Of a stretch of 64,000 nt of DNA, positions 37,540-47,773 are shown piece by piece. The translations under genes and the position numbers were made by a program. This DNA is from Candidatus Portnoybacteria bacterium. Its GTDB lineage: Bacteria; Patescibacteriota; Minisyncoccia; Portnoybacterales; GWB1-42-6. The stretch is from contig JACQXN010000022.1 in the NCBI GenBank assembly GCA_016208745.1, forward strand, positions 19,212 through 83,211. Direction: 5' to 3'. The notes beneath the pieces were generated by a model. The model ran no database searches, was not told the origin of the DNA, and saw nothing but the letters and a program-made list of their open reading frames with translations. Position 1 is the first letter of the stretch, and every line of letters begins with the position of its first letter.

Positions 37540-37783
37540 AGCCGCCTTAATTTCTATTAGATTTTATCAGGTTGCTTTATCGCCAGATCAGGGAATTTTA
37601 CGAAAACAAAATAATGTCTGCCGATTTTATCCCTCCTGCTCTCATTACAGCTTTGGCGTGATTAAAAGATTCGGTGTTATGAGGGGCGCTTGGTTGTCTT
37701 TTAGAAGAATTTTAAGATGCCACCCGCTAAGTAGCGGGGGTTACGATCCTATCCCCCCAATTAAAAACAATGGACATAATTAG
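37502..37783 (+). CDS. yidD: Membrane protein insertion efficiency factor YidD
   Basis: [11 protein letters not shown] ... [12 protein letters not shown] signature. Confidence 0.75.
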   Translation: MTFLRKLTFLVNKAALISIRFYQVALSPDQGILRKQNNVCRFYPSCSHYSFGVIKRFGVMRGAWLSFRRILRCHPLSSGGYDPIPPIKNNGHN

Positions 37784-38486
37784 TTTATTATTTAACGAAG
37801 TTTTATATAGACCGCTTTTTAACGGCTTGATTTTTTTATACAATACAATTCCCGGCCATGATTTTGGCGTGGCGATTATTGCTTTAACTTTAATTATCAG
37901 GGCGGCTATTTATCCCTTAGCGCAAAAGTCTCTCAAATCTCAAAGAGCATTGACTGAGCTGCAGCCCAAGGTTAAAGAGATTCAGCAGAAGTATAAAGAC
38001 GATAAAGAAAAACAAGGCCGGGCCCTAATGGAGCTTTACAAGGCCAATAAAGTTAATCCGGCTTCAGGCTGTTTGCCGCTTCTTATTCAATTGCCAATTC
38101 TTTTGGCTTTGTTTAGCGTTTTCAGAACCGGCCTGGATCCCGAAAGGTTAAATGGACTTTATAGTTTTATTTCAAATCCGGGCGTTATTAACCATATGTT
38201 CCTTGGTTTTCTGGATTTATCGCAAAAGAATCTATATTTAGCCCTTTTGGCTGGCGCAGCGCAGTTTATCCAGTCTAAGATGATGATGCCAAAATCAAAC
38301 AAATCCAGCGCTACTGATTTTTCAGGCGCCATGCAAAAACAAATGCTTTATATTTTCCCGATTATAACAGTCTGGATTGCAGCGAGTTTGCCAGCGGGGC
38401 TCGGGCTTTATTGGTTGGCAATGACTTTATTTGGAGTGGCTCAACAATATTTTCTTTTAAGGAAAAAAAATGAACAACGAATTTAA
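37770..38486 (+). CDS. yidC: YidC/Oxa1-family membrane protein insertase (short form)
   Basis: Conserved TM core (IIRAAIYPL...[16 protein letters not shown]); 238 aa. Confidence 0.85.
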   Translation: MDIISLLFNEVLYRPLFNGLIFLYNTIPGHDFGVAIIALTLIIRAAIYPLAQKSLKSQRALTELQPKVKEIQQKYKDDKEKQGRALMELYKANKVNPASGCLPLLIQLPILLALFSVFRTGLDPERLNGLYSFISNPGVINHMFLGFLDLSQKNLYLALLAGAAQFIQSKMMMPKSNKSSATDFSGAMQKQMLYIFPIITVWIAASLPAGLGLYWLAMTLFGVAQQYFLLRKKNEQRI

Positions 38487-38934
38487 AGAAACATTAGAGG
38501 TAATAGTTAAAGAAACGCTTTTAAAAATGGATTTTGAGGGCGAAATTTCATTTGACTCAGACCAGCAAGACTTGTTGATATTAAAAATAAAAAGCGAAGA
38601 AGCCGGTCTTTTAATCGGTAAAGGCGGCGAGACAATGGCGGCGCTACAGCATCTAATCAGGGCAATTGTTAGTAAAAAAATAGGAGCCTCGGCGCCAAAT
38701 TTCATTATTGATGTTAATGATTACCGGTATAATCAGATAGAGTCATTAAGGGAACGAGCCCAGGCTTTGGCAAAAGAAGCAATACTGGAAGGCCGATCAA
38801 AGATTTTGGAACCGATGTCTTCTTATGAGCGAAGAATAGTCCATTTAGCTTTGCGTGATGTTCGGGGTATAAAAACTGAAAGCGAGGGAGAGGGCTTATT
38901 AAGAAGAGTAGTGATCAAGCCAGATGCTAGTTAG
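38470..38934 (+). CDS. khpB: Jag/KhpB RNA-binding protein (KH + R3H domains)
   Basis: C-terminal R3H (YERRIVHLAL) after a KH-like region; located after yidC. Confidence 0.8.
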   Translation: MNNEFKETLEVIVKETLLKMDFEGEISFDSDQQDLLILKIKSEEAGLLIGKGGETMAALQHLIRAIVSKKIGASAPNFIIDVNDYRYNQIESLRERAQALAKEAILEGRSKILEPMSSYERRIVHLALRDVRGIKTESEGEGLLRRVVIKPDAS

Positions 38935-40345
38935 AAAAATCGCCTACAATACAATTATTTCCCTTGCCTCAAGGATTTTAGCCACTCTTATCGCTTTGAT
39001 AATAGTGGGTCTGACAACGAGGTATCTGGGCCAAAATGGTTTTGGTTTATATAGCACCATTTTGGCTTTTTTATATATTTTTTCGGTTCTAGCTGATTTG
39101 GGCCTCTATTCTATTTTAGTGCGGGATATTTCAAAAGACGGAGCCCCAGAATCTGAAATTGCAAGCCACGCGCTCTCTTTGCGATTTTGGGCGGGGCTTT
39201 TTATTTTTAGCGTGGCGCCGATTGTCGCTTGGTTTTTTCCTTATTCTTTTGAAGTTAAGGCGGGAATTTTAATTGCTTCTTTTGGCTCTTGGTCTTTATC
39301 TAACGCCCAAGTTTTAATGGGCGTTTTCCAAAAATATTTAAAAATGGACAAGGTGGCGTTTGCAGAATTTATTTGTCGCCTTTTTCAGCTTGCTTTAGTT
39401 GGCTTTTTTATCTGGAAAGACTTTGGGTTTTTAAGCCTTGTTATTGCTTATAGCGCAAGCGCTTTTGTTAATTTTTTGTTAGTTTGGTTTTTTGCCAGAA
39501 AATATGTTTTAATAAAAATCGGCTGGGATTTGCCTTATTGGAAAAAGATGTTGAGAAAAAGTTTTCCCTTGGCAATCTCAGCTATTTTTGTAATGATTTA
39601 TTTTAAACTAGACACAGTTATGCTTTCTTTAATGAAATCGCCTTCGGACGTAGGCATTTATAGCGCGGCTTATAAGATCTTGGAAAGCTTGATTTTTCTG
39701 CCGGCGATGTTTACCGGATTGATTATGCCTCTTTTATCGCGATATGCTTTTGGGAATCCGTTAGAATTTCAAAAGGTCAGCCAAAAAACCCTAAATATTT
39801 TTTTAATTTTTTCTATTCCCTTGGCAGTCGGTGGAATTTTTCTGGCTGGTCCGATAATCAATTTGGTTGCAGGGCAGGGATTTTCAGCTGCTGCCGGAAT
39901 TTTAAAGATTCTTATTTTTGCCACATCAATTATCTTTTTTGGCGCCTTGTTTTCTAATATGATTGTGGCGCTGGATAAACAAAAATCATTGGCCAAAATT
40001 TATGCCTTGGGCGCAGCGGTTAATTTTTCAGTTAATTTGGTTTTAATTCCGAAATTTTCTTATTGGGGCGCCGCCAGCTCAACTCTTTTGACAGAGCTTT
40101 TGGTTACTGCTTTAATGGCAGTAGTGATTTTTAAAGCAACTAAAAAGTTCCTCAATTTTAGGTCTTCTCTTAAGATTTTACTGGCTTGCGCGCCAATGGC
40201 CGCGATTCTTTATTTTCTCACCCCGTTTAATATTTTATTGCTTTTGCCAATTGCTCTTTTGGTGTATTTTTTCAGCCTTTTTGCATTAAAAGGATTTTCT
40301 ATTGACGACATTGCTTCTTTAATCAGGCGCCCCACCCAACCATGA
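38924..40345 (+). CDS. MOP-superfamily oligosaccharide/lipid-II flippase (Wzx/MurJ-like)
   Basis: 473 aa, ~12-14 TM helices, polysaccharide-biosynthesis-protein N-terminal pattern. Confidence 0.65.
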   Translation: MLVRKIAYNTIISLASRILATLIALIIVGLTTRYLGQNGFGLYSTILAFLYIFSVLADLGLYSILVRDISKDGAPESEIASHALSLRFWAGLFIFSVAPIVAWFFPYSFEVKAGILIASFGSWSLSNAQVLMGVFQKYLKMDKVAFAEFICRLFQLALVGFFIWKDFGFLSLVIAYSASAFVNFLLVWFFARKYVLIKIGWDLPYWKKMLRKSFPLAISAIFVMIYFKLDTVMLSLMKSPSDVGIYSAAYKILESLIFLPAMFTGLIMPLLSRYAFGNPLEFQKVSQKTLNIFLIFSIPLAVGGIFLAGPIINLVAGQGFSAAAGILKILIFATSIIFFGALFSNMIVALDKQKSLAKIYALGAAVNFSVNLVLIPKFSYWGAASSTLLTELLVTALMAVVIFKATKKFLNFRSSLKILLACAPMAAILYFLTPFNILLLLPIALLVYFFSLFALKGFSIDDIASLIRRPTQP

Positions 40346-41706
40346 ATAGCCTAGCGCAAATTTCCAGTTCATCCAAAGAAAAAATAACGCCTTTTTGGCG
40401 TTATTTTGAGATTGCCTTTTTACTGCTTATCCTTTATCTTCCGTTTCAGATTGCTTTAAATCCGGCTGGAAACATTGATTTGGCCTCAATCAGGGTTTTT
40501 GTCCTGTTGTTTTTCCTGGTCTGGTTTTTTTACACCGCATTTTTTAAAAAGGAAAATTTTTCTTTAACTTTCCAAGGCTTTGGCCTAGTCGCCTTTTTAA
40601 TAATTGGCGGCCTTTCTTTGCTTTTGGCTCAAGAATTTGAATGGGGCTGGCGCAAATTTTTATTTCTTTTGTCCATATTCCCGCTTTATTTTTTAGCTGT
40701 TGGTTTGGCCAACAAGCCAGATTATTTAAAGAAAGTGGTCGGCATTTTTATTTGGTCTGCGGCACTGGCGGCTTTGGCGGGTCTAATCCAATTTATAATT
40801 CAGTCGGTCTTCGGTCCGGAATTTTTGGCTAATATTTATTCACAAAGACTAGGTCCGTTATTTTGGGGCAAAAACTTTTCCTCGCTGGTCATAAGCGATC
40901 CAAGCTGGCTGGTTAATGTGGCTGGCCAAACTCATATTAGAGCCTTTGGCCTATTTCCAGATCCGCATATGATGGCCTTTTTTATGGGCTTATCATTCCC
41001 CATTGTCTTTGCCCAGCTTCTTTTTAGGAGAAGCAATAATCTTAAACTACTTGCTATTTTTTGTTTATTATTCGTTGTCCTTTTGCTGACTTTTTCTCGC
41101 GGTGGATATCTGGGATTCTTGGCAGCAGCCGCGATAATAATTTTGGTTTCTTGGCGGCTACTGGAGAGGAGTAAAAAAAAGGCAGTCTTAGTAAGCGTTA
41201 TTTTTTTTGCTATTGTTATATCTATATTTGCTCAACCGGTTACAGCGCGTTTTTTAGCCAGTTTCTCTCCAGACGAGGGCTCCTCTTCCGGCCGCTTGGC
41301 AATCTGGCAAGATTCTTGGAAGGTATTTTTAGGCCACCCGATTCTTGGTGTGGGTCTTGGAAATTATCCAAGGGAGGCCGACTCCTTAATTGGTTATCGC
41401 AGCTCTATTACCAGCCACAATCTTTATCTGGATATTGCTTCAGAAATTGGATTTTTTGGTTTAGCTATTTGGCTGATTTTAGTTTTTGGCAGTATCTTTC
41501 AATTGTATAAATCTATTAAGAGGCATAAAAATCAAGAATCAAATAATTTTTTATTGGCAGTTAAAATTGGGCTTTTAGGGTCACTCGTCTATTTTTCCGT
41601 GCATTCTTTTTTTGAAACACCAATATTTAATCCAGTTATCCTGGCGGCTTTTATGATAATTCTGGCTCTGGCCAGCTTAGTTGCTAAATATGGCTATCAG
41701 CATTAA
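40342..41706 (+). CDS. O-antigen ligase family (Wzy_C domain) membrane protein
   Basis: Multi-TM with large loop containing TFSRGGYLGFL; 454 aa. Confidence 0.6.
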   Translation: MNSLAQISSSSKEKITPFWRYFEIAFLLLILYLPFQIALNPAGNIDLASIRVFVLLFFLVWFFYTAFFKKENFSLTFQGFGLVAFLIIGGLSLLLAQEFEWGWRKFLFLLSIFPLYFLAVGLANKPDYLKKVVGIFIWSAALAALAGLIQFIIQSVFGPEFLANIYSQRLGPLFWGKNFSSLVISDPSWLVNVAGQTHIRAFGLFPDPHMMAFFMGLSFPIVFAQLLFRRSNNLKLLAIFCLLFVVLLLTFSRGGYLGFLAAAAIIILVSWRLLERSKKKAVLVSVIFFAIVISIFAQPVTARFLASFSPDEGSSSGRLAIWQDSWKVFLGHPILGVGLGNYPREADSLIGYRSSITSHNLYLDIASEIGFFGLAIWLILVFGSIFQLYKSIKRHKNQESNNFLLAVKIGLLGSLVYFSVHSFFETPIFNPVILAAFMIILALASLVAKYGYQH

Positions 41707-42940
41707 TTCAATTTATGAAATAGCTATTCTGGTAATCGGTTTTATTGCATTCGCCTTTTTGGCATGGCGGAATTTTGAGCGGGCTTTATATCTTGTAATA
41801 ATTTTTCTACCCCTATATATTTTAAAGGTTAAATTATTTATCATTCCCTTTAATGTTTTAGAGATTTTAATTTGGTTTCTTTTTGCGGTTTGGATTTTAA
41901 GGGGGGCTTACAGAAATATTGATTTGTCTAAGTTTAAAGATTTTTTATGGCCAGTCGTTTTAATTTTAGGCGGCGTGATTTTAGGGCTTTTTATCTCGGA
42001 TAATTTTAAAATAAGCGCGGGAATTTTTAAGGGCTGGTTTTTAACGCCTTTAATTTTTGCCTTAATATTGGTTGGCGAGCTTAAGGGAGACGAGAAAAAG
42101 AAAAATATTTTTTGGTCTTTTTATATTTCGGCTGTTTTAGTAGCAATTATTGCGCTTAGCTATTATATCGGAGGCAAGGTTACTTTTGATGGCCGCTTAA
42201 GCGCCTTTTTCCTTTCGCCAAATCATTTAGCCATGTATTTGGCGCCCGGATTTTTAGCTGGCTTAGGGCTTTTTGGGCTGACTGATTCAAGGAAACAACG
42301 CATATTGCTTGCAGCCGGCTTATTTATTTGCGGATTGAGCATTTATTTCACATTCTCATATCTTGCATGGATAAGCGTTCTGGCAGCAGCTGCTTTTTGG
42401 CCGATAATAAAGTTTAAGTGGTTGGATAAAAACGATAAAAAGTTATTGCTTATTGGCTGCTTGTTATTTGTCATATTGCTGGCCGGCTTGTTTTTTTCCC
42501 AATTTGGCAGCGAGAAACTTGATAATTTATTGCACTCTGACCGCTCTTCATGGCAGTCGCGCTTAATGATCTGGCGGGCAGCAGGCGAAATAATAAAGGA
42601 CCACCCGATTTTAGGTATAGGAGCAGGTATGTTTCAGGGGTATTATTTAAAATATCAAAGTCGATTTTCTGTTCCTTATCTTGAATGGGCGGTGCCGCAG
42701 CCGCATAATTTGTTTTTAGCTTTCTGGCTGCAGGCGGGCCTTGCCGGTTTAGTCGGTTTAATTTGGCTGCTGGCTGTGTTTTTTAAAAAAACATTTAGCC
42801 TGCTAAAAAACAAAAATCAGCTGGCGCTGATTTTAATAATACTTATGGGTTATATAATTTTACACGGCTTGCTAGACACAACCTATTTTAAAAATGATTC
42901 GGCAGTTATTTTTTGGATAATAATAGCTCTAGCTATTTGA
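41681..42940 (+). CDS. O-antigen ligase family (Wzy_C domain) membrane protein, second paralogue
   Basis: Multi-TM, SDRSSWQSRLMIWRAAGEII...PILGIGAGMF motif; 419 aa. Confidence 0.6.
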   Translation: MLNMAISINSIYEIAILVIGFIAFAFLAWRNFERALYLVIIFLPLYILKVKLFIIPFNVLEILIWFLFAVWILRGAYRNIDLSKFKDFLWPVVLILGGVILGLFISDNFKISAGIFKGWFLTPLIFALILVGELKGDEKKKNIFWSFYISAVLVAIIALSYYIGGKVTFDGRLSAFFLSPNHLAMYLAPGFLAGLGLFGLTDSRKQRILLAAGLFICGLSIYFTFSYLAWISVLAAAAFWPIIKFKWLDKNDKKLLLIGCLLFVILLAGLFFSQFGSEKLDNLLHSDRSSWQSRLMIWRAAGEIIKDHPILGIGAGMFQGYYLKYQSRFSVPYLEWAVPQPHNLFLAFWLQAGLAGLVGLIWLLAVFFKKTFSLLKNKNQLALILIILMGYIILHGLLDTTYFKNDSAVIFWIIIALAI

Positions 42941-42960
42941 GATTAACTTGGCTACTCGTT

Positions 42961-43054
42961 AAATCCTCCCCAACCCTCTCCCCGTATCAAGTCCGGGGCA
43001 AGCTCTAAAAGGAGAGAGCGATCCCCCTCCTTTAGGAGGGGTTAGGGGAGATTT
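42961..43054. repeat. GC-rich nested-hairpin element (family A copy), intergenic
   Basis: Near-identical to the uvrB-internal copy at 10081-10172. Confidence 0.8.
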
Positions 43055-43065
43055 TAGCTAGTCTC

Positions 43066-44169
43066 CTATTTTAATTTTATATTACAAAGCAATCCGTTTT
43101 TCCCATTTATAAAAAACAAATAATCTTCCTCTGGAGAAAGGATCAGCTCTTTGGCGTCAAAGGATTGCTCTTCGTTTGATTGGGCGATTTTTGTTGTTTT
43201 TTGGCTGGCAACATCAATCATATAAATATCATCTCGGATAATTATTTTTCCGTTTAAATAATCGTCAGGCATAGCTACGCCTTCGGAAAGCCCTTGGGGC
43301 ACAGCGCAAAAAATCTTTTGGCTGTCTGCTCCCCAGACGCATTTTTCAGCGATTGTTTTAAGCGGCAATAGCGTGGCTTGACCAGATCCGATTTGCGTGA
43401 CAAATAATTTTAAGTCTTTCCCCTTTTCATTGGTTGTCTGATAAATAATTTTTTTTTTTTTTTTCGACCACTTAACAGATAAGCCATAAATATCGCTTAA
43501 AATTTTCGTTAAGTTGCCAGATTCCGGGTCAATGGTAAAAAGAGAACCCGGAACTAGGCCGCTGGGAGAATTTCCAATAGAAATTTTATCTGGGCCGGGC
43601 CATTCAACAATTAGATTGGTTAGGCGGGTAGTAAAAATATTTTTCCAATTTTGACCATTGGCATCGGCAACGCTGATATTATTTTGATCGTTGGAAGCAT
43701 TTTGATATTGATAGACAATTTTTTGGCTGTCTGGCGAAAAATTGATTGAGCGAACATTTTCATTTAAGGCGTTATTGGCTCTGGCCTGATAATTAAAAAC
43801 GCTTTTTGTTGTTTGGCCGTTTTTCTCAAAAATACTGATAACTTTCTTTTTGTCTGGCGACCAAACAACCCCTTCTAAATCCGGCAGGTTAGCGCTTGAG
43901 ATGACCTCTTCTCCTGACCCATCAAAGTTAGATTTTAAAACATGGCCATCGGCTTTTGAATAATATTTTATGGTTTGGCCGTCTTCGGAAATTGTTGGCG
44001 CCAAAACCGCGGCCTTGCTGATAATATTTATTTTAAGGTCGGTTTTTATCCCTTCGTTTTCTGTTTCGCTGGTTGGCTCCTTTTTAATGTAGAAATTATA
44101 AACCACTAGCGCGCCAGCGGCAAAAAGAAGAAGAACAAGAGAGGTGATAAAAAGTTTTTTGGTGTTCAT
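43066..44169 (-). CDS. TolB-like beta-propeller (PD40 repeat) protein with N-terminal anchor; contains A16 tract
   Basis: Repeated SPD(S/K)xK(I/V)xY motifs. T16 on the plus strand at 43449-43464 encodes KKKKK. Confidence 0.6.
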   Translation of the reverse strand: MNTKKLFITSLVLLLFAAGALVVYNFYIKKEPTSETENEGIKTDLKINIISKAAVLAPTISEDGQTIKYYSKADGHVLKSNFDGSGEEVISSANLPDLEGVVWSPDKKKVISIFEKNGQTTKSVFNYQARANNALNENVRSINFSPDSQKIVYQYQNASNDQNNISVADANGQNWKNIFTTRLTNLIVEWPGPDKISIGNSPSGLVPGSLFTIDPESGNLTKILSDIYGLSVKWSKKKKKIIYQTTNEKGKDLKLFVTQIGSGQATLLPLKTIAEKCVWGADSQKIFCAVPQGLSEGVAMPDDYLNGKIIIRDDIYMIDVASQKTTKIAQSNEEQSFDAKELILSPEEDYLFFINGKNGLLCNIKLK

Positions 44170-44213
44170 AGATATTTAATCGAGATTAGATCCGTTATTG
44201 AGCAGTAAAGTAA

Positions 44214-45026
44214 TTATGCGGACATGACGACTGAAACGTCCCAATGATTGCTTTCGTTAGTATATATGGCCCCACTTGGAGAGCGATACTGTTCTGAGCC
44301 AAAAGTGGGAGGTTCTATTTTGGTGAAATTATCTTCTATGTAAGATGTTAATATATCGCTCATCATCAAATCAACTTTATAGCCATTTTCATGGCTGTAT
44401 TGTCCTTCTGAGTGACCAGCCTCTGTGCCGCCAGTAATGTATACGCTGTTAGGGCTAATATTATGATCTTCTACAAGACTAATGACTTCATTAAGAGTTG
44501 TTTGCTTTATGCCTTCTAGTTTGACACATCCTACAGATTGGCCTTGTGCACACGCTGGTTTTACTCCGATGCCATGTGCCGTAAGCAAATCTCTTGCAGC
44601 TTGCTCTGTCATTCCGCCGCTTGGCGGAGGGGGTGGGGGAGGAGGGGTTGGTGTTGGGGCCGGCACATATTTTTCTATTGGTGCAAGATCCGGCCCGCTC
44701 AAATCAATCAGTTGATGGTTAATCGTCCACAAAATTATGTAGGCGCCAAAAAGAAGCAAAAGACCAAGCAGAGCAGATAAGATATAGTCTTTAGCTTGGG
44801 CAGTTTTGCCAACCATATATAAAAATCCGCCAAAAGCAATGGCAGCTACTGCTAGCGCGCCGGCAATGCCAAGCCCCCAGATATAAAGCGCTTTAATATA
44901 TACTCCGGGTTCGGGGTTATCGCCTTCTTTCATTCCGCCAAAGGGAAATTCAATGGCTGAAGCAACTAAGGGCACAACAAAAACAATTATTATTAAAATT
45001 AAGAAAAGCATCGCCTTTTTTTTCAT
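44214..45026 (-). CDS. Pilin-like membrane N-terminus, Pro linker and C-terminal M15/LAS-type peptidoglycan peptidase-like domain (putative T4SS cell-wall hydrolase)
   Basis: Two TM helices, PAPTPTPPPPPPPPSGG linker, SHENGYKVD (Hx6D) and ESNHWD (ExxH-like) motifs reminiscent of VanY/M15. Confidence 0.45.
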   Translation of the reverse strand: MKKKAMLFLILIIIVFVVPLVASAIEFPFGGMKEGDNPEPGVYIKALYIWGLGIAGALAVAAIAFGGFLYMVGKTAQAKDYILSALLGLLLLFGAYIILWTINHQLIDLSGPDLAPIEKYVPAPTPTPPPPPPPPSGGMTEQAARDLLTAHGIGVKPACAQGQSVGCVKLEGIKQTTLNEVISLVEDHNISPNSVYITGGTEAGHSEGQYSHENGYKVDLMMSDILTSYIEDNFTKIEPPTFGSEQYRSPSGAIYTNESNHWDVSVVMSA

Positions 45027-45128
45027 AGAGAAATTTTAAAAATTAAAAGTATGCGTTAGCGTGTGAAAAAATAAATTAATGTTATGACGTCCGACATCGA
45101 TAGAATTCTGGTTTTTAAAATTATGTAT

Positions 45129-45167
45129 AAAATCCCCCTTAATCCCCCTTTAAAAAGGGGGAGATAG
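45129..45167. repeat. GC-rich hairpin element (family B short copy), intergenic
   Basis: aaaatcccccttaatCCCCCTTTAAAAAGGGGGagat; 39 nt near-identical to 56052-56090. Confidence 0.7.
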
Positions 45168-45186
45168 TTGTCTTATGATTTGAAAG

Positions 45187-45639
45187 CTATGCTTTAACAG
45201 AAACCGGCTTAATTTTCCTTTTTAGAAATCCCGGCAGATACCCGCCCTCTTCCAAATATAGCGTGATTATAAAAAAAGTCCAAGTTGGCAGAGCGCCCAA
45301 CACCGGCACAAATTCAACAAGACTGGCGCCAATAAATCTTTTGCTCGGGAATTTATGAAGCTTCCAAAAGCACCAGAACCACAAAATTGCAGTGATTGGC
45401 AGATTGATTATTGTTACTAAAACCGCTAAAAAGACTGAAAGCGTGCAAACTACATCAAGGCTGTCTTTAACAACGCACAGCATGCCAACAAGCGCAAATT
45501 CAACGCCGGTAATCTTTTTGCTTGAGCTGGGTTGTTTTGTCTGCGTTGATTCTTCGTCTGGCTCTTGGCTTGTTTGCGCCCGATTTTGATTTAATTTTTG
45601 CTGATTTAGCTGTTCTTGGGGCATTTGGTTAAGAGGCAA
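45187..45639 (-). CDS. Hypothetical membrane protein of T4SS-like cluster
   Basis: 150 aa, Gln/Ser-rich N-terminus then 3 TM helices. Confidence 0.45.
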   Translation of the reverse strand: MPLNQMPQEQLNQQKLNQNRAQTSQEPDEESTQTKQPSSSKKITGVEFALVGMLCVVKDSLDVVCTLSVFLAVLVTIINLPITAILWFWCFWKLHKFPSKRFIGASLVEFVPVLGALPTWTFFIITLYLEEGGYLPGFLKRKIKPVSVKA

Positions 45640-45666
45640 TTATTGTGGGCTACGAAACACTCTTTT

Positions 45667-45799
45667 CCTCCTCCCCTCAGATGAGGGGAGGATTGAGGTG
45701 GGGTGATGATTATTCGCGTGGACGCATTTGCATGAATTCGCGCCATTTAAATGCAATCAACACCACCCCCTACCCCTCCTCATCTGAGGAGGGGAGGAG
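45667..45799. repeat. GC-rich hairpin element (family B copy with ~50 nt internal palindromic insert), intergenic
   Basis: Same termini as 8289-8377 (CCTCCTCCCCTCAGATGAGGGGAGG ... CATCTGAGGAGGGGAGGAG). Confidence 0.7.
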
Positions 45800-45811
45800 T
45801 TAGAAAATACT

Positions 45812-47638
45812 TTACATCAGCGGGTTTTTTTGTTGAATAGTCTCTTGCTCGGCAAATTCCTGTTTGGCTTTTTCAATTTCTAAAAGTTGCGAAGGGTCAG
45901 AGGTAATAATCTGGTCTTCGGTGTAGGAGGCGACAACTTTTATCGCCACATGCTTTAGCCCGGCAAAAAATATTCCTTCGCCAACATTGCATTCCAAAAG
46001 CAGGTATTTTTCTTGCTCGGTTAAACTAAAGGTCTGTTTGATTATATCAATGGTGGTCGGCGACTGCTTCATTAAAAGCTGTATAGAGGAATTACTGACG
46101 ATTGGTTTGCCGTATTCGGAGCTCATAAAATCAGCAATATCTTGTGTAATAGTTGTTAGGGCGGTGAAATATTTGCGGCAACGCTTGGCAATATGCGTCA
46201 TAAACGAAGCCGCATCTACGTATTTCATCATTACCCAAGCCTCGTCAACCACTAAAAGTCTTTTTTTAAGCCTTTCTGTTCGCATTAGATTCCAAATGTA
46301 GTGTAGGACAATATACATTGCCATTGGCCGCAATTCCTCTTCCATATCGCGAATGCTAAAAGTTACCAATTTATTTTTGGCTGTAATATTGGTTGGCTGG
46401 TTAAAAAAGCCAGTATAAGAGCCAGTAACGTATTTTTCCAAACGCAGGGCAATGGGTTTGCCGCCCTCCATATTCTCTAAAACGGTTTTTAAATCGCCCA
46501 AAAGCGGCGGCGTCATTTTGGAAAAATCAACATTAGGTGTGATATCGCGGGAAGCATAAGTTTCATTAAGCGCTTTATCCAAAATCGCGTCTTCTTGCGG
46601 AGTTAGGCCTCCAAGCATTATTCGAAGCAAACCAACAAGATGTATAATATTGCTTCGTAAAATATCAGCTGGCTGGTCGTCTTTTTGTAAAACAGGTAAA
46701 TCAAACGGGTTAATGTTGTTGGCGGAATTAAGCGAGATTTTAATATATGAGCCGCCGACAGTCTCGGTTAAATATTGGTATTCGTTTTCCGGGTCAATAA
46801 CGATAACATCTGTGCCAAGCATCAGCGATCTTAGAATTTCCAGTTTAACAGCATAGCTTTTGCCAGCGCCAGATTTAGCAAAAATCACGGAGTTATAATT
46901 TTCCATGCTAAATCTGTCAAAGAGCACGAGGCTGTTATTGTGCCGGTTAATGCCATAAAGAATGCCTTTGTTATCCGACAAATCAGAAGAAACAAAAGGA
47001 AAGGTGCTTGATATTGGCGAGGTATTCATTGGAACGTTAATAAAAAGCTCGTCTTTGGCCAGAGGCAGAATAGCGTTAAAACCTGCTTCTTGTTGAAATG
47101 AGGCGGGTTTGGCATAGACCAGTTTTGCCTCCAGCAGTCCCCTTATTTCATTCTCTGTTTCATCAAGCTCCTTGGCTGAGTCGCCAAAAATAGCCAGATA
47201 AAGCCCAAAGCGGAAAAATCTTTCTGTCCCCTGTTGAAGGACGTCTCTTAAGCCCTCCATATCCTGCAAAGAGGTTTCCAAGATTGGGTCTCTGGCTTTG
47301 CCTTTCTCCTGCTCTATGGAAATTTGCGATTGAACATGCCCCACTCTTTTTCTTAATTGTTTTAAGATTAAACCGGTGTCAGCCGGGTGAATAAACATCG
47401 TAATATTTTTTTCTTTATCAAGCGAAAGAATAGGCGAGAGCCAATTGGTTAAAAGATGCCTTGGGTAGGTAAAAACAAAAAGAACGCGGCAAAATTTATT
47501 GCCAATTTCAAGATGGTTGACGCTAAGCTTAATAGCGGGCGGCGCGATTAATTCAGCCAAGCCAAGCGAGGTTTGGTTTGGTTGGTTTGCGGCCGAAGGT
47601 TCGGGGGATTTTTTTCTTGAGAATAAAGAGAAGGCCAT
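45812..47638 (-). CDS. VirB4/TrbE-family T4SS ATPase, C-terminal two-thirds (separate ORF)
   Basis: Walker A AKSGAGKSY, Walker B LLVVDEAW, WLSP motif, VirB4 C-terminal pattern; 608 aa. Confidence 0.8.
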   Translation of the reverse strand: MAFSLFSRKKSPEPSAANQPNQTSLGLAELIAPPAIKLSVNHLEIGNKFCRVLFVFTYPRHLLTNWLSPILSLDKEKNITMFIHPADTGLILKQLRKRVGHVQSQISIEQEKGKARDPILETSLQDMEGLRDVLQQGTERFFRFGLYLAIFGDSAKELDETENEIRGLLEAKLVYAKPASFQQEAGFNAILPLAKDELFINVPMNTSPISSTFPFVSSDLSDNKGILYGINRHNNSLVLFDRFSMENYNSVIFAKSGAGKSYAVKLEILRSLMLGTDVIVIDPENEYQYLTETVGGSYIKISLNSANNINPFDLPVLQKDDQPADILRSNIIHLVGLLRIMLGGLTPQEDAILDKALNETYASRDITPNVDFSKMTPPLLGDLKTVLENMEGGKPIALRLEKYVTGSYTGFFNQPTNITAKNKLVTFSIRDMEEELRPMAMYIVLHYIWNLMRTERLKKRLLVVDEAWVMMKYVDAASFMTHIAKRCRKYFTALTTITQDIADFMSSEYGKPIVSNSSIQLLMKQSPTTIDIIKQTFSLTEQEKYLLLECNVGEGIFFAGLKHVAIKVVASYTEDQIITSDPSQLLEIEKAKQEFAEQETIQQKNPLM

Positions 47639-47687
47639 TAGAATAAATTAAAAAGTAAAAAAAGAATTATAAGCGTTATCCCCCTCT

Positions 47688-47773
47688 TTATAAAAGAGGG
47701 ACTAAGGGGGATTTATATTGAAGACTATTTTTAAAATCCACCCCAGCCCTCCTTTTTTAAAGGAGAGAGCAGG
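47688..47773. repeat. GC-rich hairpin element (family B copy) separating the two VirB4 ORFs
   Basis: Reverse-complement relative of the element at 56006-56090. Lies between the stop at 47777 and the ATG at 47638, which are in the same frame; the intervening 138 nt contains stops. Confidence 0.75.
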
